A stretch of DNA of 64,000 nt from Macrostomum lignano (lineage: Eukaryota): NCBI GenBank assembly GCA_002269645.1, contig NIVC01001451.1:190994-254993 (forward strand). The letters run 5' to 3'. The notes under the pieces were generated by a model. That model made no database searches, had not been told where the DNA came from, and saw only the letters and a list, made by a program, of their open reading frames with translations. Every line of letters starts with the position of its first letter. The stretch's first letter is position 1. Below are positions 37,460 through 63,919 of this stretch, in pieces. Both the position numbers and the translations under genes were made by a program.

Positions 37460-38030
37460 TCCAGGAATTCTGCGCCATAGGTTTCCAGGAATGGCGCTAT
37501 AGGTTTCCAGGAATGGCGCCATAGGTTTCCAGGAATGGCGCTATAGGTTTCCAGTAATGGCGCTATAGGTTTCCAGGAATGACGCTATAGGTTTCCAGGA
37601 ATGGCGCTATAGGTTTCCAGGAATGGCGCTATAGGTTTCCAGGAATGACGCTATAGGTTTCCAGGAATGACGCTATAGGTTTCCAGGAATGGCGCTATAG
37701 GTTTCCAGTAATGGCGCTATAGGTTTCCAGTAATGGCGCTATAGGTTTCCAGGAATGACGCTATAGGTTTCCAGTAATGGCGCTATAGGTTTCCAGGAAT
37801 GGCGCTATAGGTTTCCAGGAATGGCGCTATAGGTTTCCAGGAATGGCGCTATAGGTTTCCAGTAATGGCGCTATAGGTTTCCAGTAATGGCGCTATAGGT
37901 TTCCAGGAATGACGCTATAGGTTTCCAGTAATGGCGCTATAGGTTTCCAGGAATGGCGCTATAGGTTTCCAGGAATGGCGCTATAGGTTTCCAGGAATGG
38001 CGCTATGGGTTTCCAGGAATGGCGCTATGG
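37460..38030. repeat. 22-bp minisatellite downstream of Gsx
   Basis: Unit ataggtttccaggaatggcgct. Confidence 0.97.
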
Positions 38031-38616
38031 TCTCCATCCAGAATCTTGGCCGTCATGTTGCTGCAAGTTACCAACGAGTCTCGCTCCCATTACTAATTTT
38101 TAGAAAGAAACTATTAACTATTTCCAGTTTTTTATGATCTTATTTTGCAGTTGGAAACAGAAATTACCTGTCATACACCTATAGGGTAAGGTTATATTTT
38201 ACAGTGTAGAGAAAATTAAATGTCAATGTTTAAAAAATTAGGGATTTGATGGTGACATTTCTGTTTGTAAAAGATTTTCTCCCAAAAATGTGTTCACTAA
38301 TCCTCCCTGATTGGGATTTTATTGCTCCACGGAGCCCCTTGGCTTAATACTCTTGTGCATCAGTCCTCTCGTGGGTTAGGGGGGGGGGGGGAGGGAGCTT
38401 TCTATTGCGTAGTTGGACTCCAACCTTAATCCCTTTTGCTTCAATGGATTGGACCATGCAGTCCAAGCAGATTTTGACAGTGAAGTTACCATGGCAAGAA
38501 TAAAATGTCACAGGTTGGCTGCATGAAGATCCTTCGCGTTGGTTGGCTTTTTGACAAATTGTTGCAATTAATTGAAAGCATATAGGCGTCGGAACGTTCT
38601 AAAAAGTGGGGGGGGG

Positions 38617-39640
38617 CGAGGTGGGCGGCCAGGTACCATTGATTCCCCCCCATACTATAAAAGTGGGCGGCCAGGTACCATTGATTCCCCCCATACTATA
38701 AAAGTGGGCGGCCAGGTACCATTTGATGCCCCGGCCCCACTATAAAAGTGGGGGGCCAGGTACCATTGATTCCCCCCATACTATAAAAGTGGGCGGCCAG
38801 GTACCATTGATTCCCCCCATACTATAAAAGTGGGCGGCCAGGTACCATTTGATGCCCCGACCCCACTATAAAAGTGGGCGGCCAGGTACCATTTGATGCC
38901 CCGGCCCCACTATAAAAGTGGGCGGCCAGGTACCATTTGATGCCCCGGCCCCACTATAAAAGTGGGCGGCCAGGTACCATTTGATGCCCCGGCCCCACTA
39001 TAAAAGTGGGCGGCCAGGTACCATTTGATGCCCCGGCCCCACTATAAAAGTGGGCGGCCAGGTACCATTTGATGCCCCGGCCCCACTATAAAAGTGGGCG
39101 GCCAGGTACCATTTGATGCCCCGGCCCCACTATAAAAGTGGGCGGCCAGGTACCATTTGATGCCCCGGCCCCACTATAAAAGTGGGCGGCCAGGTACCAT
39201 TTGATGCCCCGGCCCCACTATAAAAGTGGGCGGCCAGGTACCATTTGATGCCCCGGCCCCACTATAAAAGTGGGCGGCCAGGTACCATTGATGCCCCGGC
39301 CCCACTATAAAAGTGGGCGGCCAGGTACCATTGATGCCCCGGCCCCACTATAAAAGTGGGCGGCCAGGTACCATTTGATGCCCCGGCCCCACTATAAAAG
39401 TGGGCGGCCAGGTACCATTGATGCCCCGGCCCCACTATAAAAGTGGGCGGCCAGGTACCATTGATGCCCCGGCCCCACTATAAAAGTGGGCGGCCAGGTA
39501 CCATTGATGCCCCCCCCCCCACTATAAAAGTGGGCGGCCAGGTACCATTTGATGCCCCGGCCCCACTATAAAAGTGGGCGGCTAGGTACCATTTGATGCC
39601 CCGGCCCCACTATAAAAGTGGGTGGCCAGGTACCATTGAT
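38617..39640. repeat. 43-44-bp minisatellite containing TATAAAA and GGGCGG in every unit
   Basis: Unit tataaaagtgggcggccaggtaccatttgatgccccggccccac, ~23 copies. It is preceded by taggcgtcggaac...aaaagtgggggggg. Confidence 0.97.
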
Positions 39641-40604
39641 TTGGGTACCATTTTAATTTTAAAAGTGGTTTATGATTGAAAGTGACACACTCCGGTGTAT
39701 CTTTAGGCTCTGGCGCTGACACACACCTGAATGAGCTTCTCTGGGAGCACAAAAATGAATGCGGGGAAGATGTAAGTCGCTGTGATTAATTTTTCAAAAA
39801 TATGGTTGCTATGAGTCAAACAGCAAACTGTTGTGTCAAGCAGAGCAACACGTGTGTACAGCCATTCTCCATCTCCGCAAAAAGCCTATAAGAAGGCAAA
39901 CATGATAACATGTAAAAAACACGGTGTTTTTATCTCGGAATCTTAGCTAGCCGCCCCAACAGCGAATATTTGCCGAACTCCAAAGACAGTTGCTATGATA
40001 TTGATTGTTGCTAATTAAGTTCGCGGTCAAACTGAAGTTTATAGCCATCAGTTTACGTTTGGAAATATACGAGCCATATGTGTTTTTTGTTAGAAAGAAT
40101 CAGTTCAAAGTTTCATTCGAACAAACCCCGCCAGCACGTGTTAAGTATTTGTTATTCTATATCTTGTACACACGCAGACAAAAGCCGCGAGCCATGTCTG
40201 AACTGTTTGCCATGCTGTCTCATCCCCTTTTTCATTGAATTTGATCGCCGTCCTGTGGGATATGGGATCTGGGGATGTGGGTATTGGGCGGTAGGTGGCG
40301 GCGCGAATTGTGGACTCCCAACTGTGAAAATTGTAGCTGTTGTGTTTGATAGAAATTTGCGAATAGTTTTGAAACAGAGAGCGGAGAGAACAGCGAAGTC
40401 GATTGTCTATGGCCCGCTAGTGGTCCAGGATCCCTATAATAGAGGTATTTGGACTGGAAACACTGCTCCGGCTCCGGCTTCAGCGTTCCGTTCGCATCTC
40501 TTAAATCAGGGGTCGCCCGTGGGCCACGTGCGAAGCTTCTCTACCCGGCCGGCTCTCGGGTCGTTTGAGCCTTCACAATTAGCAATCCGGACTGCTCAAT
40601 GTTT

Positions 40605-41020
40605 GTGTTCTTCTCTCTCCTTCTCTCCTCTCTTCCTTCTCTCCTCTCTTCCTTCTGTCCTTTCTTCCTTCTCTCCTCTCTTCCTTCTCTCCTCTCTTCC
40701 TTCTCTTCTCTCTCTCATTCTCTCCTCTCTCCTTCTCTCCTCTCTTCATTCTCTCCTCTCTCCTTCTCTCCTCTCTTCCTTCTCTCCTCTCTCCTTCTCT
40801 CCTCTCTTCATTCTCTCCTCTCTCCTTCTCTCCTCTCTTCATTCTCTCCTCTCTCCTTCTCTCCTCTCTTCATTCTCTCCTCTCTCCTTCTCTCCTCTCT
40901 TCCTTCTCTCCTCTCTTCCTTCTCTCATCTCTTCCTTCTCTCATCTCTTCCTTCTCTCCTCTCTTCATTCTCACCTCTTTTCTTCTCTCCTCTCTTCTTT
41001 TCTCCTCTCTCCTCTTTTCT
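40605..41020. repeat. CT-rich simple repeat following a caggggtcgcc hAT-like end (40507)
   Basis: tctcctctcttccttc-type units. Confidence 0.9.
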
Positions 41021-41499
41021 CCAAAACTTCTGATCCCTCAAATTTTAAATCCTTAAAACTTCAAATCCCCCAAATGAGGTGGTTCTTTTTCGAAACACGT
41101 GATATCTTCAAACTCCAGTCCAGATACATGTAGGAGGCCATGAAAGAAACCGCCAGCCGACGCGCTCGACACGGCAATTAAAAAAGCAACTTACGGTTAA
41201 CTTGACTCCTATTTCTGCCCTCAATGCGCAGACAATGGAAATCGGAATTGGTTTTCACGCCAGCCCCCGGGGGCATTAATTGTGTCCCTGATTCAGTCGG
41301 GACGGAAGTCAGGAGACATCTGGACCTGGGCGGTTTGTAGAGCGCGAGGTGAAAAAAACCACAGCAGTTTTAGAAATTCTGAATTGCGGTATCATTTTAA
41401 GCCCAAACCTATAGGATTGCCCAAGGATCACCCGCATTAAAGAGAATTTGGATTGTCGACTTCTACTCCGAATGTCATCGGATTTTTTAACTTGAAATC

Positions 41500-42020
41500 T
41501 TGGGGATTTGAAGTATGTGAGATTTGAAGTTCATGTGGGATTTGAAGTTTGTGGGATTTGAAGTTTGTGAGATTTGAAGTTCATGTGGGATTTGAAGTTT
41601 GTGGGATTTGAAGTTTGTGGGATTTGAAGTTTGTGGGATTTGAAGTTTGTGGGATTTGAAGTTTGTGAGATTTGAAGTTTGTGAGATTTGAAGTTTTTGG
41701 GATTTGAAGTTTGTGAGATTTGAAGTTCATGTGGGATTTGAAGTTTGTGGGATTTGAAGTTTGTGAGATTTGAAGTTTTTGGGATTTGAAGTTTGAGATT
41801 TGAAGTTTGTGAGATTTGAAGTTTTTGGGATTTGAAGTTTGTGAGATTTAAAGTTTGTGGGATTTGACGTTTGAGATTTGAAGTTTGTGGGATTTGAAGT
41901 TTTTGGGTTTGCAGTTTGTTGGATTTGAAGTTTTTGGGTTTGCAGTTTGTTGGATTTGAAATTTGTGGGATTTGAAGTTTGTTGGATTTGAAGTTTTGGG
42001 GTTTGCAGTTTTAGGGATAT
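41500..42020. repeat. 16-bp minisatellite
   Basis: Unit ttgaagtttgtgggat. One inverted copy (aacttcaaatcccc) at ~41056. Confidence 0.9.
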
Positions 42021-42889
42021 TTTGAAAAAGCTTTAACGCGCTCCAAATTCTTCTTCAATTTGTTCTCCTTGGCACTGGGGATGGCGTGACTCCAGCAACT
42101 TGATGGTCACCTGCTGTTTAAGTGTGCCGTGAAGCCCAGCAGCCAGCCAGCCAACACAGAGTTATTTGTGCGTGACAGCTCCAATTCTAGAGAATTTTCA
42201 AAGCAAGCTAGCAGACAGGCAATTCAACATGGTGAGACCTTAAGTATAGAAGGACGGCTGCGACAAACTTCTTGGGTTGAATTTGGCGTCTTGCCATTTT
42301 TTATTTGGGAAAAATATTTCAGTTTTATCTACAATAAAAGGTTTTGTTCTTTTCCTCACAAGTAAACGGACCCCCTTTGAGCCACAGACAATGAACAGCA
42401 AGTCCTCAGTTGGCTCGGCGCTTCTGTCCGCCTTAGGTGTCACCCGCTGATCCCCTGGGCTTAAGCATATTAAGACAGAAATTGTTGGTGATAGGAACAG
42501 ATCCAAGCCGAGACAATGAATCTGTAGCAATAAAATGCGAACTCCAGAGATGCATAAACTTCGTTGCCACTCCCTGCTTCTGGGAACTGATTTGATTGGG
42601 ATAAAATTGTGCCGCATTCAACCCCCCTGGGGAGTTACCTGCTCCTGTGAAAATTATTGAAACCAAATTTCCCTTTGTAAATTTCATATAACGCCTGTCT
42701 AATGCTGAAACATTTCTGGCCGAATACAAAACTATTAAAATTTGTGACGACTTTTTCGTCTGGAGAATTTTAAGTAGGAACATCTGTAAGGTAATAAAAA
42801 ATCACTGTGGATTTTAAAAGCTTGGTCACGGTGAAACAGGATTATGTATTGATTGATCGTTTCCAGACTTGAGAGCAGAGATGGGCCAG

Positions 42890-43170
42890 AGGAGAAAGAA
42901 GGCAGGAGAGAGAAGGGAGAAGAGAGGAGAGAAGAGAGAGAAGAGAGGAGCGAGGAGAGAGAAGGGAGGAGAAAGAAGAGAGGAGAGAGAAGAGAGGAGA
43001 GATGAGAAAGGAGAGAGAAGAGGGGAGAGATGAGAAAGGAGAGAAGAGAGGAGAGATGAGAAAGGAGAGAGAAGAGAGGAGAGAGAAGGCAGGAGAGAGA
43101 AGAGAAGAGAGAGGAGAGAGCGGAGGAGAGGAGAGAAGTTAAAAGCGAGAACAGATAAGAGAAGAGAGAG
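42890..43170. repeat. GA-rich simple repeat
   Basis: gagaagagaggagag-type purine tract. Confidence 0.9.
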
Positions 43171-43867
43171 AAGATGCATGCGGATCAGAGAGGGAGATAG
43201 TGAGAAGGATATAAACAGAAGAAGTACCACAGGCAGATTCTGAGGGAGTTGCATTAAAAGGACCTTAGATGCTCGCCAGCAGCAACAGAGAAAGTGGGCA
43301 GGGCATACAGGGAGGCGATGGAAGCGGAATGAAGCAGTGTGGTGATCCCCGCGGCACAGTTGAAGGCAGAGGTGCGTTAACGGATCAGAAATACAATGGA
43401 CTGGAGCAGAACAATTGGCCAGAAGTTGACAGCGGGGGAGGAGCGAGCGGCAGACTCCGGGGGCGGACCTTCTGGAGAGCGCGTGCGACGCCCTGCTGAC
43501 AAACTGCGGACGATTGAGCCGCTCTTCCGCTCAGCTTCCTTTTTCGTCAAGCTTCATCAATGATATCGTGTTGCGCAAGCAAGTGGTGGGATATTTTTAT
43601 CCCACTCGGTCAGCCAAGCCACTCCTCCAGATCTCGCAGGTGTTAACCGCCCCTCCCCGGTGTCCGGTTGTTTTTGCGAAATCAAACGCCGCGGGGGTCC
43701 CCGCCTCCGCTTGCTGACCCCCCCCCCGCTGTGCCGCGTCTCAAAGCCTTGGCCCCGCTCATTACTACTCGTCCTAGTAAGTAGTGCAAGTGAGTTTTCT
43801 GATACTAAATAAGACACAGAATAAACTGCGTGAAAATGTTTTTTATTTAAATAAGAACGTTTGAACT

Positions 43868-44390
43868 CTGCCACAGACTGCCACTGACTCTGCCACTGAC
43901 TCTGCCAGACTGCCACTGACTCTGCCAGACTGCCACTGACTCTGCAAGACTGCCACTGACTCTGCCAGACTGCCACTGACTCTGCCACTGACTCTGCCAC
44001 TGACTCTGCCACTGACTCTGCCACTGACTCTGCCACTGACTCTGCCACTGACTCTGCCACTGACTCTGCCACTGACTCTGCCACTGACTCTGCCACTGAC
44101 TCTGCCACTGACTCTGCCACTGACTCTGCCACTGACTCTGCCACTGACTCTGCCACTGACTCTGCCACTGACTCTGCCACTGACTCTGCCACTGACTCTG
44201 CCACTGACTCTGCCACTGACTCTGCCACTGACTCTGCCACTGACTCTGCCACTGACTCTGCCACTGACTCTGCCACTGACTCTGCCACTGACTCTGCCAC
44301 TGACTCTGCCACTGACTCTGCCACTGACTCTGCCACTGACTCTGCCACTGACTCTGCCAGACTGCCACTGACTCTGCCGCTGACTCTGTC
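43868..44390. repeat. 12-bp minisatellite in the probable KCNH 3' UTR
   Basis: Unit actctgccactg, ~40 copies, between the stop (44484) and a minus-strand AATAAA (43847-43842). Confidence 0.95.
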
Positions 44391-44483
44391 CCCTCATTAA
44401 TCAGTCAAATCTCGGCACAGAAGCTGTTACACCGCTTGGGAGCTCAGCGAAATGGGCCTCCCCAATGTGCGCACGGACTGTCT

Positions 44484-58587
<14,104 letters not shown>

Positions 58588-60278
58588 CTGCGGAGGGGGT
58601 CACACGATCGGTGTTACATGTGCACAATCAACAAGAATGATTAATTACAAATAGGATTATACACTCACTCTCCGCCTCCAATCTCTTTATTAGGTTATCA
58701 ATAAAGACATTCTGAGGTGCTACGTGGCCTCGACGTACAGGCATTACGGATATCCGGGTTGGACGGGGGCTAAACTGGGAAAGTGTATTTTTGGCGCAGT
58801 AGTGCTGCGCTGAAATTTCCAGTTTTTATCCAATCCAAATTTATGCAGAGTGGGCTGGCGTTGCCAATAAGCTGTGATGATGCTGGCCACTATGAAACTA
58901 TCTGGGGAACTGTTTGTCTCTGTCTGTTCTTGCCGCGCCAGAGACGATAGAGGGATCCACAGGGTCCTCTACACAGGGACACGGAAGCGGGCCTGCATTT
59001 CTAATTTCTGGGTGATTTGAAACCAAGTTATGCTACAACGAACCATGACACCAAACAAGGTAAACAATGGATGTCTTCACTACCATTGTCCTCACTAACA
59101 ATCAATTCAACTTCAACTGTCAAAGTGTCAAATTCCTAAGAATTGACCTTTTCACACGTCAAAATGAACCTGTCATGTTTTTGCAAAAGTTGCCCATTTT
59201 ACAAGCGCTATGAGAACCCGAAAACCTTCTGTCAAGTCTTTGTTATCTCATTATCGAGAGCAGAATTATCGGCCGCTACTGATTAATGGATTCCGTTGAG
59301 TTCTTGAATTAAAGGCCCTCCGTATTCCGAAGGGCTAAAAACACAAAATCCATAGCATAATATCTTAAAATAATAAAAAAATTCAGTTTCTATGATCCGA
59401 AAATTATGAAATTTTCGGTTTTAAGACTTGACACCATACCAATAGTCCGTACATACGCAAATCAATCATGTTTATCAATTTATCTAGTCGGAAACTTAGA
59501 TCGAAATTTGAGGCCCAGAGGTAGCTGAGGGTGTCGTGGACTTGTTGGCCTCAACAGGCGGAAGTGGACTCGCATGCATCCGAATGTCGCTTAATTGCCG
59601 TATACTTTTCAGGCTTGCAGTTCAAAATTACTTAAATTCGGCCCTACTATCGCCGACATAATTGTCAGTAAAGCAAGTTTTTAAAATTGTAAAGAAAGTT
59701 AACAAAGACGGTAACCTGGAGTACTTATCATAGAAGAATCACAGGAAACAAGTACACTGACCTACAAGTGTACTAGCAAATTAATTTTGTGTTGCCTTTA
59801 ATTATTGCAACACTTCTAATTGCAGTAATTAACAGTAGAACTACCAACTACCAACAGTAGGCCTCCAACCAAGCGGAGCTTCTGGACCTTCAACAGGTGG
59901 CACCATGCGAATTTCTCTAGTTTCCCTGATCAAGCCTCAACTGCCGGACATCCTCAGCTAGTTTCTCAATTCCGTCATCAGCCCAACGCCGTCGGGAATC
60001 CCTCCTGGGCAGTTCGAAGTGAGGAAAATGGCTTGGTGTTCCTATTGTTAAAAGATCAAATTTGCTATTGGTTCTATTTTTCAGTTTTGCTTGGGGCACG
60101 GCCCACCAGGGGCCTGGGCCTAAGCCTAGTAGCTTAAATCTGTCATCTGAGACTTGGATTCGAAATATTAAGACCAAGTAGCTAGTACGACCAATGTTGT
60201 GTCTACGAGAATTTTTCATCCTTGGCTATTGATTTAAATTCTCGCTGTAAATTAACCTTCCATTAACCAATGCCTCAC

Positions 60279-60309
60279 CAAAATGCACTCGCGACCTGAC
60301 CAGATCCAT
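60279..60309 (-). CDS. Candidate first coding exon of the KCNH gene (MDLVRSRVHF)
   Basis: ATG with an upstream in-frame stop and a phase-1 donor G|gtgagg that matches the phase-1 acceptor at 58587. Little sequence similarity to canonical EAG N-termini. Confidence 0.35.
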
Positions 60310-61007
60310 TTCTCCCTCCTCTCTCTATACGGCTCGTATTCTGCTGATCGTGTGGTTTTGTATTCGTGCGTTTGATCAAATTTGGCCCACAGAAGTGAAT
60401 AAAAGGCCAACAGAAGAAAGCCAGAGTAAGAAAAAGGTGGTTTCGATCAGTATTAATTTCAGCTCTCGAATGCATCGTAGTTGCCGTTGTATTATCCGTC
60501 GATCTAATATAAAAGTACATATATGTCGACGCCGTCACGGCTGCCATCCTGATTGCAAGTTGCCTCATAGAAAAACAGTGATTGCTGCATGCTCTAGTCC
60601 GCTCTTTGTATTCGACCATGGAAAGATTGACCGTGTTGTACATCTATAGGGAGCTTTTGCTCATTTAAATGCTTGTGGGTTTCACTTTCTACCTGTATAA
60701 CGTTCGTTGGTCAACGAAAAAAATCAATTCGTAAGGACTATCGATTGATTAAAATCCTGTTATGTGTTCGTCTTTTATTCAGGAATGCTTGCCGCCATCT
60801 CTATTAACAGAAAATAGAAACATAAAATTTCTTTCAGCTAAGTGCTGCTTGATTGATTGAATCCTCAAATGCCTAAGAATAGTATTTCTGCTGATTCATC
60901 TAGGGGATTCAGGCCATGTTAATATAGAGGTAAATGGTTGAACTAAACGCTGTAAATAACTAGTGCCGAGAGTCCTCACTTCCTGGATCAAATGGTGACC
61001 TTCCCAG

Positions 61008-61301
61008 TCACAAACCATTTTGTCTTTCAGTTCTTCGTCGGCTTCTTCTCGGCGGTTTCAATGTACGTTTGGTGGATCACTTTCTGGTGGCTCGTCTGCG
61101 CTTCTTGCCGGCCCCTGTAGAGGCGGAGCGCTTCGGCTTGCGGGTCCCCCTGGAGGCGGACCGCATCCTACTGGCCCCCTTAGAGGCGGAGCGTTTCCGC
61201 TTGGCTGGACGGGCTCGCTTGCGCGGAGTTGAAGCCGTCTGTCTCTCCGGCTTGTTATAAGTGGTGGCGACAGGTGACGGTTGTTGCGAGTGCGACCTCA
61301 T
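61008..61301 (-). CDS. Arg/Lys/Ser-rich protamine- or H1-tail-like small basic protein, with an internal TGA
   Basis: MRSHSQQ...TPRKRARPAKRKRSASKGASRMRSASRGTRKPKRSASTGAGKKRRRATRK* (stop 61079-61077). The same frame continues STKRTLKPPRRSRRRTERQNGL* to 61008. Confidence 0.5.
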
Positions 61302-61304
61302 CCT

Positions 61305-62116
61305 GGGGGGTGTTTTACGAACTGCGTCTTAAGACTGACTCCTAAGTTCCAACTTAGGCTCGAACTTAAGACTGAGCCGTAAATGCGTTTTACAAACACT
61401 TAGGAGTCACTTCTAACCTCGATCTTAGCTAAGGTCGAGCTTTGGTTCTGGACGAGAAAGTTTAAGATAGGGTTGACCATAGACTAATTCTGCGCGGCGT
61501 CAAACTTTAGCCGTTTTATATATGCCTTATTTTAGCCAGCAGAGACACGGTCACAGCTTATAGTACTTCTTGTTCATTGAGTTTATTTTGCATTGCAAAT
61601 CAGATTCGAATGGCTGATAAAAGAAGACCTAATTTTAGTCAGAAAGAGATTGAGATCCTGCTGGAGATGGCAAGAGAGAAGCCGATGCTGAGATGGCATC
61701 GCAGTTTACAATATAATTTCATGATATATTGAAAGAACTATCTATCATTAACACTAACCTGTCCCGAAAAACCCGAGGAATCCTTTGCCTCTCGGTCGCA
61801 CGACGAGCAATTAAAACGGCAAACATTTTATTCCAAAAGATCGGCTCTTGCTGTTCAGATAGCGACTTAAAACTTAGGAAAACGATCTAGATGTGTTCTA
61901 AAGTTAAGATCGACCATGACAGTTTTGGTCATAGACAGTCTCTCTTGTCCTCTTGATAAAACGCACCAGTCGTAAGTTCGATCTTATCAATTTCCTTAGG
62001 TCAGACCTAAGTTGGATCCCAGCTAAGATCGACTTTTATCTTCATAGAACACGTCGATCCTAAACTCAATCCTAAGTTTGATCTTAAGATTGAACTTTGG
62101 TTCGTAAAACACCCCC
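61305..62116. mobile_element. Internally deleted PIF/Harbinger element
   Basis: TIRs gggggtgttttacgaac and gttcgtaaaacaccccc, flanked by ctg/cag (CWG-type target). Plus-strand MADKRRPNFSQKEIEILLEMAREK (61610) is a Myb/SANT-like start. Minus-strand MFAVLIARR...RIPRVFRDR (61826) is a HARBI1-like transposase start. Confidence 0.85.
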
Positions 62117-63298
62117 AGGGCGATAGCTAGCTTCAGCTGTTCAATTCGGTTTGATAATATTTTTACTCTCGAAAGTTTTGAGCGTGCTATTAAGGGCTTT
62201 AAAATCGTTTTTTGACCTGTTTTGAACTGCGTAAAATAGTCTATGGTGAAATATTTTCGTCTTACAAAACTCTGAATATTTAACTTAGTACGTCTTTTTA
62301 ATTAGTCTTAGAATTAACAATCGCATATGGGCTTCTCCAGCTAGCACCACCCAGTTGCGTATCATTTTTACTTGCTATTTTGCTCAGAATGTTTGCTGTT
62401 TATTATTTTCTGCAAAAATCATTCAGCAGTCGCTCAACCCACAGAAACAGATTCGTTCTTATAATTGCATGCATCGCATATAGGTTTCTTCACAAAAATT
62501 GTAGTTTTCCAGTGTCATTAGCTTTGAAAGTAACTGTCAATGCATTTTTGCTGGTTTTTATAAGTTGCATTAAGGTCATTAGTTAACTTATCACTTTATT
62601 TTCACTTTGGTAGTTACGGTTGGTGGTTTTAATTCTCACGTTGCTGCAGATGTCGATCGGATCTATTAGTTTAGAATACGAGTATTCGCCATTTTTAGAG
62701 AACTTGTTTCTACAGAATGAAAGAAAAAATAGGACATATTGATTTTTTAAAGATACTATGCAATCATTTTAAATCTAAGACTGTTGTAAATTTTATTATT
62801 CAAGTAGTAAATCGTTGTTTTATTGGGTGGTTTAGCATCGATCTCCGTTACGGCGGGATTTTAAAGTACTAAATAGGAATTGGGTTTTAAAATTTTTCTG
62901 GCACTAGCTTCCTGGCAGACTTGGCAGCAGTTTCGTTCTACTACGACTCTTGCACCTTGCACGCAGTCCTACAACCCCACCCCCTTCCCTCCTGTCTCTC
63001 ACAGGCGATGAAGTCGAAATATATTGATTAGCTATTTTAACGCACAAAAATGGATAAAATATATTGAATGATCCATCTTAGATTCCTGACAATGTTAAAT
63101 CTATTTATCAAATACTTTCAGACTTTAGTAATTAGTTTTATTTAAGAAAGTTATAATACACAACCAATAATATGGAATATAGACTTGAATGTGTGCCATA
63201 CTATTAGTCATTCTCCTTGCTAGCACAGTGATATATTGAATATATTTCTTTGATTTATTTAGGTCATCAACTCTCAAACTTGTGTAACTAAAATAAAA

Positions 63299-63919
63299 AT
63301 GAACAAGTGTTTATTAATTTGCATTAAAATTTCAAGAGCGATACCACTTGTCTTTATTTCCCTTATATTATCTTGGTCATACTATGCCTATGTAGTTGCA
63401 ATGTGCATATGTAAGTTTCAATTTTGTAGCTTTATTTTTTAATAAATTGTTTTTTGTTTATAGAATAAATTTTATTAATATAATTTCCAATTATAACTTT
63501 AGATGCTATTCCGAGTACAAGTGTTGGTGAAAAAGGTAATTTTGTATATAATTTTGATCTTATCTATATGTAATATTAGTTGACAATGATGATTAACTTA
63601 TTTCTTTTAATATTTTATTTTAGATCAATTATTATATCCCTTTAAAAGATAGATATTTTTGTAGACCTTGGATATAATGAATTTATTAAAATGAACTAGC
63701 TAAGTTGCTAAATGCTTAGTATACTTAACTTTATTTTAACTATTTTTTTAAATTGAATTAGAAATTTAGAAGATATAATTTGTTATATTTGCAATCTAAT
63801 CTAATAAACCCATACCTTTTTAGTGGTATTGATTGTTTTCTATCATATATTTTTTGGAATGTTTGTCTGGGCCTACATTCAGACAATATTGACAAAGCCT
63901 TTGCTTGTCCACATCTGAG
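63299..63919 (+). CDS. ZDHHC2/15/20-like palmitoyltransferase, first three exons (runs off the window); apparent +1 frameshift at the end of exon 3
   Basis: Exons 63299-63410, 63503-63535 and 63824-63919 give MNKCLL...[61 protein letters not shown], matching the WSYYAY and YHxxFxMFVWSY motifs. In-frame TGA at 63916-63918, just before g|gtaagt. Confidence 0.8.

Noticed and set aside
43560-43800. Possible third SINE head or extra exon
   Set aside because: A/B boxes are too degenerate, there is no TSD, and no splice-compatible partner was found.
60275-60643. 122-aa ORF as the EAG N-terminus (QQNTSRIE resembles PQNTFLE)
   Set aside because: The similarity is weak, and that frame stops at the donor and is out of phase with the next exon.
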